Of a DNA stretch of 64,000 bases, positions 46,077 through 55,530 are shown piece by piece. The translations under genes and the position numbers were made by a program. The stretch's first letter is position 1. Every line of letters begins with the position of its first letter. The stretch comes from an uncultured Candidatus Peribacteria bacterium (GTDB lineage: Bacteria; Patescibacteriota; Gracilibacteria; JAHISY01), in NCBI GenBank assembly GCA_964452725.1, contig CAYVMX010000001.1, positions 40,395 through 104,394 of the forward strand, in the 5' to 3' direction. The notes beneath the pieces were generated by a model, which worked only from the letters and a program-made list of their open reading frames with translations, searched no databases and was not told the origin of the DNA.

Positions 46077-48782
46077 ATGGAGACGAGCTATCTAGACTAT
46101 GCGATGAGTGTAATCGTTAGTCGTGCTTTGCCCGATGTGCGTGATGGACTCAAGCCTGTACATCGTCGTATCCTCTACGTCATGCACGAGATGGGTCTGC
46201 GCCCTGGAGCGAAATTCAAAAAGTCGGCGAATGTCGTCGGTGAAGTACTGGGTAAGTATCACCCACACGGTGATTCGTCCGTCTACGATGCTATGGTGCG
46301 TATGGCACAGGACTTTTCACTCCGCTATATGCTGGTCAATGGTCAGGGTAACTTCGGTAGTATCGACGGTGATGGTGCGGCGGCGTATAGGTATACCGAG
46401 GCCAAGATGCAGAAGCTGACGGAGGAGATGCTGACAGATATCGAAAAAGAAACAGTCGATTGGAATGACAACTACGATGGCAGCCGCCAGGAGCCGAGCG
46501 TACTACCGACGAAAGTGCCTCAACTACTACTCAATGGTACAGTCGGTATCGCTGTCGGTATGGCGACGAATATCCCACCACACAATCTCGGTGAGTTGGT
46601 CGACGGCATTATCCATATCATCGACAATCCTGAGTGCGAGCTAAATGATTTGATCAAGCTAGTCAAAGGACCAGACTTCCCGACGGGTGGTTTTATTTAC
46701 AATAAAAAAGACATCCGTGAGGCGTACGCAACTGGTCGAGGTGGTGTCGCGTGTCGTGGCAAAGCTGAGATTACTGAAGGTCGGGCTGGTAGACCACAGA
46801 TCATTATCACCGAGATCCCGTACCAGGTAAACAAGGCCAATCTCGTGATCAAGATCGCTGATCTAGTGAAAAACAAGAAGCTACAGGGGATTACCGATAT
46901 CCGTGATGAGTCGACGCGTAACGGTATCCGTGTCGTGATTGAGCTAAAGAAAGATAGCTATCCCAACAAAGTCCTCAATCAGATCTACAAAATGACGGAT
47001 CTGCAGACGAATTTCAACTTCAACATGATTGCGCTTACCGAGCGTGGTATGCAGCCGCACCTTTTGAATCTGAAGCAAATCCTCGAGTTTTTTATCGAGC
47101 ATCGTCGAGAGGTCGTCACACGCCGGACACAGTATGAGCTACGTGTTGCCAAGGATCGTGCTCATATCCTCGAGGGTCTGAAGCTTGCACTCGATCAGAT
47201 TGACAAGGTGATTAGCACTATCCGCGCGAGCAAGACGAAAGAGATCGCCCACGAAGCACTGGTCAAAAAGTTCAAACTATCTGATATCCAAGCCAAGGCA
47301 ATCCTCGAGATGCGCCTACAAGCACTGGCGGGCATGGAGCGTGACAGGATCGAAAATGAGCTAAAAGAGAAGTACAAACTAATTAAATATCTCGAAAGCT
47401 TGCTCAAAGATCCAAAGAAGATCCTCGGTATCATCACAGCTGAGCTGGCTGAGCTCAAGGAAAAATACGGTGATCCACGCCGTACCAAGATCGTCGCTGG
47501 CGCAGTCGGTGAGTTTAGTGCCAAGGACACGATCCCAAATGAAGACATGATTGTGATGCTAACGACAGAGAACTACGTCAAACGAGTCACCCCGACTAGC
47601 TTCAAGGCTCAAAAACGCGGCGGTAAGGGTGTGATAGGGCTGACAACCAAGGAAGAAGACGAGATCAAGGTCATGCGCCATGCCAAGAATCACGATGACA
47701 TTATGTTCTTTACCAATACTGGTCGGGTATTCCGCTTGCCAGTCTATGAAGTACCACAGGCGAGCCGTACTGCCAAAGGCACAGCGATCGCCAATCTGAT
47801 CCAGACTCAGTCTGATGAGCACATCACGGCTATGCGCGTGGTCAAAGAAGGCGCTGACGATACTGGTGGCTATCTCTTCTTTTGCACGAAGCAGGGGACA
47901 GTAAAGAAGACTCCAATGGAAGATTTCAAAAACGTGCGCAAAACTGGTCTGATCGTCATCAAGCTAAACGGTGATGATGAGCTCAACTGGGTCAAAGGCA
48001 CAAACGGTGAAAATGAGATCGTGATAGCGAGCCATGAGGGTCAGTGCTGCCATTTCAAAGAAAGTGACGTCAGGGCAATGGGACGTAGCGCCGCTGGTGT
48101 CCGTGGTATTCGACTGGGTGAGCAGGACTACGTAGTCGAGATGGACGTGGTCAAAAACCCCAAAGAGGAGCGACTGCTCGTCATCACAGAAAAGGGTCAA
48201 GGCAAAGCTAGTAAAATCAGTGAATATCGTCTGACGGGTCGCGGTGCTGGTGGAGTCAAGACGCTCAATGTCACAGAAAAGACTGGCAAAGTCGTCGGCG
48301 CCAAAGTCCTCCAACCGGATATGGAAGCCGATTTGATCTTGATATCCAAACGCGGACAGACTATCCGTATGGATATCGCGACTGTGCCGACACTTGGTCG
48401 TGCTACACAGGGTGTCCGTGTCATGAAAGTGACAAACGACTCAGTTGCGAGTGTCAGCCTGATGGAGCGTACACCAGAGGCATTGATTTCTGCTGGTGAA
48501 GAGGTCGGTATCGATGTCACGGGTGAGGGTGGTAGCGAAGAAAAAACTACTTCAAGTCAAGATCTCGAACCAACAGAGACAGAGCTAACACCAGAAGCAG
48601 CTATGCTAGCAGCAGAAAAAGCTGCTAATAAAGAAGAGCTAAAAAAAGCTGGTCTAGATCAGCTAGTCAAAGCAGCGAAAAAAGATGGCAAAGCTCAAAA
48701 AAAGGAAGGCAAGACTACTGTTCAAAAAAAGGCTGCTGACAAGAAAGGTACGAAAGCCGTAAAGAAAGCAGGGAAGAAGTAA
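46077..48782 (+). CDS. gyrA: DNA gyrase subunit A with a Lys-rich C-terminal tail
   Basis: [28 protein letters not shown] and the active-site region AAYRYTEAK. The beta-pinwheel CTD is followed by ~110 aa of acidic then Lys/Ala-rich tail. The reading frame is open for 46 codons upstream of the ATG (see findings). Confidence 0.93.
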   Translation: METSYLDYAMSVIVSRALPDVRDGLKPVHRRILYVMHEMGLRPGAKFKKSANVVGEVLGKYHPHGDSSVYDAMVRMAQDFSLRYMLVNGQGNFGSIDGDGAAAYRYTEAKMQKLTEEMLTDIEKETVDWNDNYDGSRQEPSVLPTKVPQLLLNGTVGIAVGMATNIPPHNLGELVDGIIHIIDNPECELNDLIKLVKGPDFPTGGFIYNKKDIREAYATGRGGVACRGKAEITEGRAGRPQIIITEIPYQVNKANLVIKIADLVKNKKLQGITDIRDESTRNGIRVVIELKKDSYPNKVLNQIYKMTDLQTNFNFNMIALTERGMQPHLLNLKQILEFFIEHRREVVTRRTQYELRVAKDRAHILEGLKLALDQIDKVISTIRASKTKEIAHEALVKKFKLSDIQAKAILEMRLQALAGMERDRIENELKEKYKLIKYLESLLKDPKKILGIITAELAELKEKYGDPRRTKIVAGAVGEFSAKDTIPNEDMIVMLTTENYVKRVTPTSFKAQKRGGKGVIGLTTKEEDEIKVMRHAKNHDDIMFFTNTGRVFRLPVYEVPQASRTAKGTAIANLIQTQSDEHITAMRVVKEGADDTGGYLFFCTKQGTVKKTPMEDFKNVRKTGLIVIKLNGDDELNWVKGTNGENEIVIASHEGQCCHFKESDVRAMGRSAAGVRGIRLGEQDYVVEMDVVKNPKEERLLVITEKGQGKASKISEYRLTGRGAGGVKTLNVTEKTGKVVGAKVLQPDMEADLILISKRGQTIRMDIATVPTLGRATQGVRVMKVTNDSVASVSLMERTPEALISAGEEVGIDVTGEGGSEEKTTSSQDLEPTETELTPEAAMLAAEKAANKEELKKAGLDQLVKAAKKDGKAQKKEGKTTVQKKAADKKGTKAVKKAGKK

Positions 48783-48789
48783 AAATCTA

Positions 48790-49527
48790 CTAAAGTCCTA
48801 GCCACTCGGTCGCTGTGTACACACCAGGCTTTTGACCTGCGAGCCATTCGGCGGCTGTGACACTACCTGCTGCGTAGCCTTTGCGGTTCTTACCCCTGTG
48901 GGTGAGTGTGATCTCATCGGACTCACCGTCGAAGCGTGCAGTGTGGATACCGATAACCTGCCCAGTGCGGCTACTGCTGATCTGGAGAGCCTCGGGTGGT
49001 ACTGGCTGCTCGGCATTGTCGAGGAGGATTCTTTTTTTACTCGGGAAGTTCGCGATGATAGTCTCGGCGAGCTCTTTCGCTGTGCCACTCGGGGCGTCGA
49101 CTTTGCCTGTGTGGTGAGTCTCGCTGACCCCTACGTCATAGCTGCCAGTCTGCCCCAGCCTCTTCGCCGCTGCCGCTGCGATCGCGTAAAACAGCTGGAC
49201 ACCGATAGAAAAATTCCCTGCGTAGATGAGTTTCGTGCCAGCCTTTTTTACGATTCCCTCGATCTGCGCTAGCTCACCGTACCAGCCCGTCGTACCGACG
49301 ACAGTGGCGACTCCGGCTTTCGCCAGCTTTTCGACATTGTCCACGACGGTAGTAGGCATCGTGAAGTCGATCGCCACTTCCGCGCCGCTTAGCGTTTCGG
49401 GAGTGATCTCGGTGGCTGTGCCGCTACCAGACGGGTCGATGATTGCGACGACGTCATGACCAGCCGCTTTTGCGGCGGTTTCCACCATCTGCCCCATGCG
49501 TCCGTAGCCAAGGATTGCGATCTTCAT
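48790..49527 (-). CDS. dapB: 4-hydroxy-tetrahydrodipicolinate reductase
   Basis: MKIAILGYGRMGQ (NAD(P)-binding) and the SETHHTGKVDAPSGTA signature. Confidence 0.85.
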   Translation of the reverse strand: MKIAILGYGRMGQMVETAAKAAGHDVVAIIDPSGSGTATEITPETLSGAEVAIDFTMPTTVVDNVEKLAKAGVATVVGTTGWYGELAQIEGIVKKAGTKLIYAGNFSIGVQLFYAIAAAAAKRLGQTGSYDVGVSETHHTGKVDAPSGTAKELAETIIANFPSKKRILLDNAEQPVPPEALQISSSRTGQVIGIHTARFDGESDEITLTHRGKNRKGYAAGSVTAAEWLAGQKPGVYTATEWLGL

Positions 49528-49546
49528 AGGATTATTTTAGCAGAGT

Positions 49547-49555
49547 TGCTAGAAT
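49547..49555 (+). promoter_or_regulatory. Candidate extended -10 element upstream of dnaG
   Basis: TGcTAGAAT, 51 nt upstream of the ATG at 49607. Confidence 0.35.
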
Positions 49556-49606
49556 AATAGCCCTGAGTGCGACGAGATTCTTCTCTACACTCAGAATGAC
49601 AAATCT

Positions 49607-51337
49607 ATGGACGCAGTCGCCGAAATCAAAGCTCGCCTCAATATAGTCGACGTCCTCGCTGGTCGCGTGGAGCTGAAGCGCGCAGGCAAAAATTACAAAG
49701 CCTGTTGTCCGTTTCATCAAGAGAAGACGCCGAGCTTTATGGTCTCGCCAGAGCGGGGATTCGCGTGGTGCTACGGCTGCCAGACGGGTGGTGATATCTT
49801 CAAGATCGTGGAGCTGCTGGAAGGTTTGGATTTCAAAGAGACGCTGAAACTACTCGCAGAAAAGGCCGGTGTCGAGCTGCCGCAGTACTCCGGTGGAGTG
49901 AAGAAAGAAAAAAAAGACCGTTTAATCGAAATTAACGAAGCGGCAGCGGAGTTTTTTGCCAAAGAGCTAAATAAAAATGACTCGGCCAAGGAGTATCTCA
50001 AGAAACGCGGACTGACCAAGGAAACACTGGAGTACTGGCAGATCGGCTATGCGCCGAGTGGCTATGACGGACTACACAAAAAGCTCGAAGCCCAGAAATA
50101 TACGAAGAAAGAGCTCACCGAGGCGGGTGTCGCGGGTCTCAAAGAAATGGCAGGGGAGGCACTTTACGATCGTTTCCGTGATCGGATTATGTTTCCGATC
50201 GCCGATGCGCGCGGTCGCGCAGTCGCTTTCACAGGTAGAGTCCTCGGCGACGGTGAGCCGAAGTATCTCAACTCGCCGGAGTCCGTGATTTTTACCAAAG
50301 GTGCGATTCTCTTTGGTCTGGACAAGGCGAAAGACGCGATCCGCAAAGAAAAATTTGCTGTGGTAGTAGAGGGTCAGATGGACGTGATCGCCTGCCATCA
50401 GGCAGGCTTCACCAATGTCGTGGCGAGTAGCGGCACCGCGCTGACAGAGACTCACCTCGCCACTCTCGCCAAGATCACAGACACAGTTATTTTTGCCTTC
50501 GACGCGGATCAAGCAGGTATCGACTCGACCAAGCGCGCGCTCACACTGGCTATTCGGCAGGATCTCAATGTCAAAGTGGTCAAGCTCGATGGTTTCAAAG
50601 ACCCCGATGAAATGATCCAAAGAGATCCCGAGTTATTCAAAGCCGCGCTGGAGAGCGCGCTCTCGCTCTTCGATTTTTACTTTGCGGTGGTCTACCGCGA
50701 GCAGGATCTGTCCAATGTGACGACCAAGAAGCAGATCGCTCGCGAGCTGCTCACACTAGCGCGGAGCTTCCAAAGTGCGATCGAACGTGAGGATTTCGTC
50801 AAAAAACTAGCTCTCAAGCTCCAAATCTCCGAAGGTTCGCTGACAGATGAATTGAAGAATTTACCTGCTGCGGTAGTGTCACAGCGCGCCGTGGAAGAAG
50901 AAACTGTCGCTATAAACCCAGCTCACTTCACCCGTGAGGACACACTGATCGCGCTCGTCCTCGCTTTCCCAGCGGCTCTAGGTGAGTCCGTGTCAGAGCT
51001 GAGGCAGCTCACCCTCGCCGAACCAGTCAATGCCAAGATCCTGACCGAGCTGCTCAATACCGATCTCAAGACCGATACGGCACTCGCAGCGCTGTCGGTA
51101 GCTACTGACCGTGATCGAGCGGAGCAGCTGATCCTCTATGCGGAGGACAAATACGCGGAGTTTAGTGAAAAAGTACTCCAGAAAGAGTTTCAGTTCCTAT
51201 TGTCTGAGATTGGTAAGTTCACCAGTGAGCTCAAGAAGCGTGAGCTACTCGCTAGACTCCACACGGCAGAGGAGGCGGGAGAGACGGAGCAGGCAGGGGA
51301 GCTGCTTCGTGAGTATCAAGCACTCTTGAAGAGCTAG
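49607..51337 (+). CDS. dnaG: DNA primase
   Basis: Zinc finger CPFHQEKTPSF...C..C, and a TOPRIM region VVVEGQMDVI...FDADQAG. Confidence 0.92.
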   Translation: MDAVAEIKARLNIVDVLAGRVELKRAGKNYKACCPFHQEKTPSFMVSPERGFAWCYGCQTGGDIFKIVELLEGLDFKETLKLLAEKAGVELPQYSGGVKKEKKDRLIEINEAAAEFFAKELNKNDSAKEYLKKRGLTKETLEYWQIGYAPSGYDGLHKKLEAQKYTKKELTEAGVAGLKEMAGEALYDRFRDRIMFPIADARGRAVAFTGRVLGDGEPKYLNSPESVIFTKGAILFGLDKAKDAIRKEKFAVVVEGQMDVIACHQAGFTNVVASSGTALTETHLATLAKITDTVIFAFDADQAGIDSTKRALTLAIRQDLNVKVVKLDGFKDPDEMIQRDPELFKAALESALSLFDFYFAVVYREQDLSNVTTKKQIARELLTLARSFQSAIEREDFVKKLALKLQISEGSLTDELKNLPAAVVSQRAVEEETVAINPAHFTREDTLIALVLAFPAALGESVSELRQLTLAEPVNAKILTELLNTDLKTDTALAALSVATDRDRAEQLILYAEDKYAEFSEKVLQKEFQFLLSEIGKFTSELKKRELLARLHTAEEAGETEQAGELLREYQALLKS

Positions 51338-52083
51338 CCCAGCTCTGCCAAGACCTCCTCTGGTATATCGAAGTTCGCCGCCACGGTATCGACATCATCG
51401 TCGGCCTCCAGTAGCTCGATTAGCTTGATCGCTTTACGGGCAGCTTCGACATCGGTGAGCTCCACAGTCTGCGTCGGCTCGTCGGCTAGTTCGGCAGACT
51501 CGACTGTCAGTCCTGCTTCGATTAGTTTTTGCTTCGCACTCATCAGATCACTCATGGCAGTTTTTACGATTAGCTCGTCTTCGGCTACTTCTACATCTAT
51601 AGCTCCAGCGTCGATCGCGGTTAGTTCGACTTCTTCTGCGTCTTTGCCAGTGATATCTACGACGATCACACCGCGCTTTTCAAACTGAAAAGCCACCGAA
51701 CCTGACTCTGCCATCTTGCCACCGTTTTTATCCAGTAAATGTCGGACATTCGAGACAGTGCGGTTGACATTGTCGGTCAATACATTGATCAGGATCGCCA
51801 CACCACCGGGACCGTAGCCTTCGTAAGTCTTGGCTGCCATGTCAGCACCGCCATCTGTACCAGTGCCTTTTTTGATCGCGCGTTCGATGTTGTCTTTGGG
51901 CACACTATCGGCTTTGGCAGCGTCGACGGCTGCGGCGAGCTTGGCATTGCTACTCGGGTCGCCCCCACCTTCGCGTGTGGCGATTTGGATTAGTTTGGCG
52001 TGCCGAGTGAAGATCTTGCCGCGGGCAGCGTCGGCAGCACCTTTTTGGTGCTTGATCGTACTCCATTTGCTATGACCAGACAT
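51334..52083 (-). CDS. YebC/PmpR family DNA-binding regulator
   Basis: MSGHSKWSTIKHQKGAADAARGKIF is the hallmark N-terminus. 249 aa. Confidence 0.9.
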   Translation of the reverse strand: MSGHSKWSTIKHQKGAADAARGKIFTRHAKLIQIATREGGGDPSSNAKLAAAVDAAKADSVPKDNIERAIKKGTGTDGGADMAAKTYEGYGPGGVAILINVLTDNVNRTVSNVRHLLDKNGGKMAESGSVAFQFEKRGVIVVDITGKDAEEVELTAIDAGAIDVEVAEDELIVKTAMSDLMSAKQKLIEAGLTVESAELADEPTQTVELTDVEAARKAIKLIELLEADDDVDTVAANFDIPEEVLAELG

Positions 52084-52143
52084 AAAGATTCAAAAACTCA
52101 ATAAAACCAAGTAGAATAACCCTACTTATTTTACTACAATACT

Positions 52144-52749
52144 ATGATTCTTTCTGACCGTGATATTCGCTTGTTGATCCAGTCTGGACAAGTCCAGATC
52201 AAATCTGCGGACAAAGCATATCTCAAAAATATCGGTCCAAGCAGTCTCGATCTGCGTTTGGGCAAGTATTTCAAGCTGTACGAGCACACAAAGTCGCCGC
52301 TGCTCGATCCAGCCGATCCTCTGACTTTCGAAAAATGCACACGTTTGATCGAGATCAAAAAGAAAGGTAAGCCGTTTATCCTGCATCCGGGTGATTTCGT
52401 ACTCGGTGTGACGGAGGAGGCGATCACCCTGCCGGGTAATATCGTCGCACGTGTCGAGGGTCGTAGCAGTCTGGGGCGACTCGGTGTGATTATCCACTCT
52501 ACGGCGGGCTTCGTCGATCCGGGATTCAGTGGCACTATCACGCTCGAGATTACCAATATCAATACGATGCCGGTCGCACTTTACCCTGGTATGCGAGTGT
52601 GCCAGCTCGCCTTCGAGGCGATGACTAGTCCGGCTGAGGTGGATTATAGTCAGAAGAAAACGATGAAATACCAAGGACAAGTCTTCCCAGAAGAGAGTCG
52701 GATTTGCAAAGATCCTGAGATGATCGCGCTAAAGAAGAAACGCAAATGA
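52144..52749 (+). CDS. dcd: dCTP deaminase
   Basis: MILSDRDI..., GRSSLGRLGV and STAGFVDPGFSGTITLEI. Confidence 0.88.
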   Translation: MILSDRDIRLLIQSGQVQIKSADKAYLKNIGPSSLDLRLGKYFKLYEHTKSPLLDPADPLTFEKCTRLIEIKKKGKPFILHPGDFVLGVTEEAITLPGNIVARVEGRSSLGRLGVIIHSTAGFVDPGFSGTITLEITNINTMPVALYPGMRVCQLAFEAMTSPAEVDYSQKKTMKYQGQVFPEESRICKDPEMIALKKKRK

Positions 52750-53141
52750 GAACCCTACGTCGTCATTCCCGTAAAAACGGGAATCTATCTATTTGGCGAG
52801 TTGGGAGATTCCGGATCAAGTCCGGAATGACAAGTGTTTTTTTGGTAGTTTTGTTGCTCACTGGCTGTGCTGCCGAGTCAGTCGAGCCGCTGCCCGAGAT
52901 CACCTACACGTCCAATCTCGGTCCAGCCGTCTGCTACGCGACTGAGCAGGTCAATCGTGCTGGATTACTCCAAGACGAAGCTGCGTTTGGTCCAGCTTTC
53001 ACTGCTGCGATCGGGGAGTATCTAGAGCAGCACAATCTCGATCCAGCTGCGTGGCTCGCTGCCAAAGAGGCGTACTTTACGCCCGAAGAGTACAAAAAAC
53101 TGGTCAAGTTTCATTTTACACGCTGCATAGTCGGTCTCTAA
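52746..53141 (+). CDS. Putative lipoprotein (hypothetical)
   Basis: Lipobox LLLTGC. The first 28 codons (RRHSRKNGNLSIWRVGRFRIKSGMT) are encoded by two hairpin repeat units. The alternative ATG at 52827 would give MTSVFLVVLLLTGC.... ATGA overlap with the dcd stop. Confidence 0.5.
   Translation: MRTLRRHSRKNGNLSIWRVGRFRIKSGMTSVFLVVLLLTGCAAESVEPLPEITYTSNLGPAVCYATEQVNRAGLLQDEAAFGPAFTAAIGEYLEQHNLDPAAWLAAKEAYFTPEEYKKLVKFHFTRCIVGL
52806..52843 (+). terminator. Hairpin repeat element copy A (terminator-like)
   Basis: ATTCCGGA (52808-52815), TCAAG, TCCGGAAT (52821-52828), then gacaagtg and seven T (52837-52843). It is preceded by a second hairpin: ATTCCCG (52765-52771), TAAAAA, CGGGAAT (52778-52784). 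Confidence 0.55.
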
Positions 53142-53150
53142 GATTTCTTT

Positions 53151-54113
53151 ATGTCTAAATCAAAAGTAAAAGCGCTCGCTTTGCTTTCGGGCGGTCTCGA
53201 CTCTACACTTTCGATTCGTACATTGCTGGAGCAGGAGATCGAAGTGACGGCGCTTTCATTCGAGACACCGTTTTTCGGCACGGGCAAAGCCGAAGTTGCT
53301 GCCAAAAAACTCGGTGTTCCGATTATTACACGCGAGTTTAGCCAGGAACATTGGAAAATAGTAAAACGCCCACCACACGGACGCGGCAAGCAGATGAATC
53401 CGTGTATTGATTGTCACGGACTAATGTTCAAAATCGCAGGAGAAATGGCTCAGAAAGATGGCTTTGACTTCGTCAGTACGGGTGAAGTGCTGGGACAGCG
53501 ACCCATGAGCCAAAATCTCAAAGCACTCAAGATAGTCGAAAAGATCGCCGGGCTAGAGGGGCGGATCCTCCGACCACTCTGCGCAAAGAATCTCCCAGAG
53601 ACTCTGCCTGAGCAGGAGGGACTGGTGGACCGCGCCAAACTCTGGGACTTCTCTGGCAAGCAGCGCAAACCACAGATCGCACTGGCAGTGAAGTGGGGGA
53701 TCACCGACTATCCCACGCCTGCGGGTGGCTGTCGACTGACCGAGCCGGGCTACGCTGCCAAGCTCAAAGGGCTCTTTGCTCATCAAGGCGACGACCCTGA
53801 GCTAGCCGACACCCGTCTGCTGCCACTCGGTCGGGTCGTCTTCCTCGGGGAGCGATCGCTGGCGGTACTCGGGCGTAACGAAGCCGAAAACCTAGCGATC
53901 CAAGAGTTGGTCAATAAGGACGACTATCTGCTAGAGCTGGTCGACCACGCTGGACCTATCGCTATCCTGCGACTCCACCAGCCAGACGATGCTGAAAAGA
54001 TGCTCAAGGAAGTGGCAGCACAGCTACGCGAGCGCAGCAAAAAAGCCTGTGAGGTAGAGGGCGAGGTGAAAGTGAAAGTGTGGGGGAAGGAAGAGAAGGA
54101 AATAGGAGTTTAA
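53151..54113 (+). CDS. PP-loop ATPase, ThiI-like tRNA sulfurtransferase domain without THUMP
   Basis: PP-loop ALLSGGLDSTL, NPCIDCH, and GEVLGQRPMSQNLKAL...ILRPL resembling the ThiI AANH domain. There is no N-terminal ferredoxin-like or THUMP region. Confidence 0.55.
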   Translation: MSKSKVKALALLSGGLDSTLSIRTLLEQEIEVTALSFETPFFGTGKAEVAAKKLGVPIITREFSQEHWKIVKRPPHGRGKQMNPCIDCHGLMFKIAGEMAQKDGFDFVSTGEVLGQRPMSQNLKALKIVEKIAGLEGRILRPLCAKNLPETLPEQEGLVDRAKLWDFSGKQRKPQIALAVKWGITDYPTPAGGCRLTEPGYAAKLKGLFAHQGDDPELADTRLLPLGRVVFLGERSLAVLGRNEAENLAIQELVNKDDYLLELVDHAGPIAILRLHQPDDAEKMLKEVAAQLRERSKKACEVEGEVKVKVWGKEEKEIGV

Positions 54114-54164
54114 ATTAGGCAATAGACGTGATAGACTAATTATAGAATTTAATAATTTATATAA

Positions 54165-54410
54165 ATGACTGAGACAACAGTAATCCGTAAGGTTTTTGGC
54201 AGCGGACAGGTGACTCTGCCAAAGTCTTGGCGAACTAAAGTCAAAACAAGTACTGTCTCTATTCGTGAGAAAAATGGAGAGCTTTTGATAGCTCCTCTGA
54301 AATCCAAAAAAGAACGAGTAATTTTCGACAGTGCTGATTTTGGGCAGCCGAAAGGTATTGAGATAAATAAGTTTCTCGCTGCCCTGAAAAAGGCTAATCG
54401 CAATGGATAA
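54165..54410 (+). CDS. AbrB/MazE/SpoVT-family antitoxin
   Basis: 81 aa. GSGQVTLPKSWRTKV is the SpoVT-AbrB swapped-hairpin motif. Confidence 0.65.
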   Translation: MTETTVIRKVFGSGQVTLPKSWRTKVKTSTVSIREKNGELLIAPLKSKKERVIFDSADFGQPKGIEINKFLAALKKANRNG

Positions 54411-54645
54411 AATCACGAAATATCTACGTTCGCTATCGCCGAAAATACGACAGCAGCTGGAGCGAGAAATATTAGAAATTTTGGCAGGTGATTTAGCAGC
54501 CAAGGACATCAAACCATTGACTGGTAAGTCTGGTTATTTTCGTGTGCGTAAGGGTAATTTTCGGATTATATTTCGAAAAACTGGAGATCAGATTTTCATC
54601 GTAAGAGTTTTGCCACGTGATGAGCGGACTTATCGAGGACTTTGA
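54403..54645 (+). CDS. RelE/ParE-family toxin
   Basis: 80 aa. LTGKSGYFRVRKGNFRIIFRKTGDQIFIVRVLPRDERTY is typical of RelE/StbE. 8-nt overlap with the antitoxin gene. Confidence 0.7.
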   Translation: MDKITKYLRSLSPKIRQQLEREILEILAGDLAAKDIKPLTGKSGYFRVRKGNFRIIFRKTGDQIFIVRVLPRDERTYRGL

Positions 54646-55526
54646 TCACAATACTCCTCAAACCTCTGCACCTCCGCCCGACTCCCCAGACACACGGGGA
54701 TACGTTGGTCGTACGCTTCGATCTTCACATCGGAGATAGATTGGCTGCCGTCGGAGCTGGCACCACCCGCTGCTTCGATCACCTTCGCCAGGGGAGCGCA
54801 CTCGTAGAGCAGGCGTAGTTTCGCCGGAGTGGACGCGCTACCTGGGTAGCTAAAGACACCTTTGCCTTTGAGCAAAATTTGATTGATATCGGGTACCATG
54901 CCGCCACTGTAGCGTAGAGTGTACTGCTCGCTTTGCCAGTAGTCGATGAGCTTTCGGTAGCCCGCATTGTCCTTGGTAGCGCGGAGATTACCCGGAGCGA
55001 ACATTTTGCCTTCGGAGATTTGGAGGTTCTCACCAGTCTGACTCCACGTGCCGTCGCCCTGCAGCGTAAACTCGCTGACTGTGTTGGTGGCGATTACGAG
55101 AGTCGTGCGTGGACCGTACACGGCATAGCCAGCGGCGACTTGTTCGCTGCCTGTACGGCCGAGCAGCTCGCTGCCAGACCAGATACCCCAGATCGTACCG
55201 ACGGCGAGGTTCACATCGACGAGACTGCTGCCGTCGAGCGGGTCGAAAGCCACGCTGAAACCCTCGCCACCGAGTGCGACTGCCTCGGCTTGTTCCTCGC
55301 TACTGGCGGTGGCGACGACACCCGACTCTTTCAGCTGGGCAAACATGATCTGGTCGGCGAGGACGTCGAGTGTGAGCTGCTCCTCGCCAAAGGTATTCGT
55401 ACTGCCAGCTGAGCCAGTGTCGGCGGTGCGGATTTCCCCACTGATCTCGGTAGTCGCGTTGGCGATGGCTTGGATCGCTTTGGCGAGTGCTGGGTCGAGC
55501 TGTTTCAGATAGTCGGGGAGTGTCAT
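54630..55526 (-). CDS. fbp: Fructose-1,6-bisphosphatase class 1
   Basis: NTFGEEQLTLDVLAD, SSEE and FDPLDGSSLVDVNLAVGTIWGIW match the FBPase I metal-binding motifs. The C-terminus has GG(M)VPD...LLYECAPLA. Confidence 0.85.
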   Translation of the reverse strand: MTLPDYLKQLDPALAKAIQAIANATTEISGEIRTADTGSAGSTNTFGEEQLTLDVLADQIMFAQLKESGVVATASSEEQAEAVALGGEGFSVAFDPLDGSSLVDVNLAVGTIWGIWSGSELLGRTGSEQVAAGYAVYGPRTTLVIATNTVSEFTLQGDGTWSQTGENLQISEGKMFAPGNLRATKDNAGYRKLIDYWQSEQYTLRYSGGMVPDINQILLKGKGVFSYPGSASTPAKLRLLYECAPLAKVIEAAGGASSDGSQSISDVKIEAYDQRIPVCLGSRAEVQRFEEYCDQSPR

Positions 55527-55530
55527 GATT

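Noticed and set aside
52126-52680. Minus-strand ORFs of 184 aa and 142 aa opposite dcd.
   Set aside because: dcd on the plus strand has clear family motifs, and the antisense ORFs have none.
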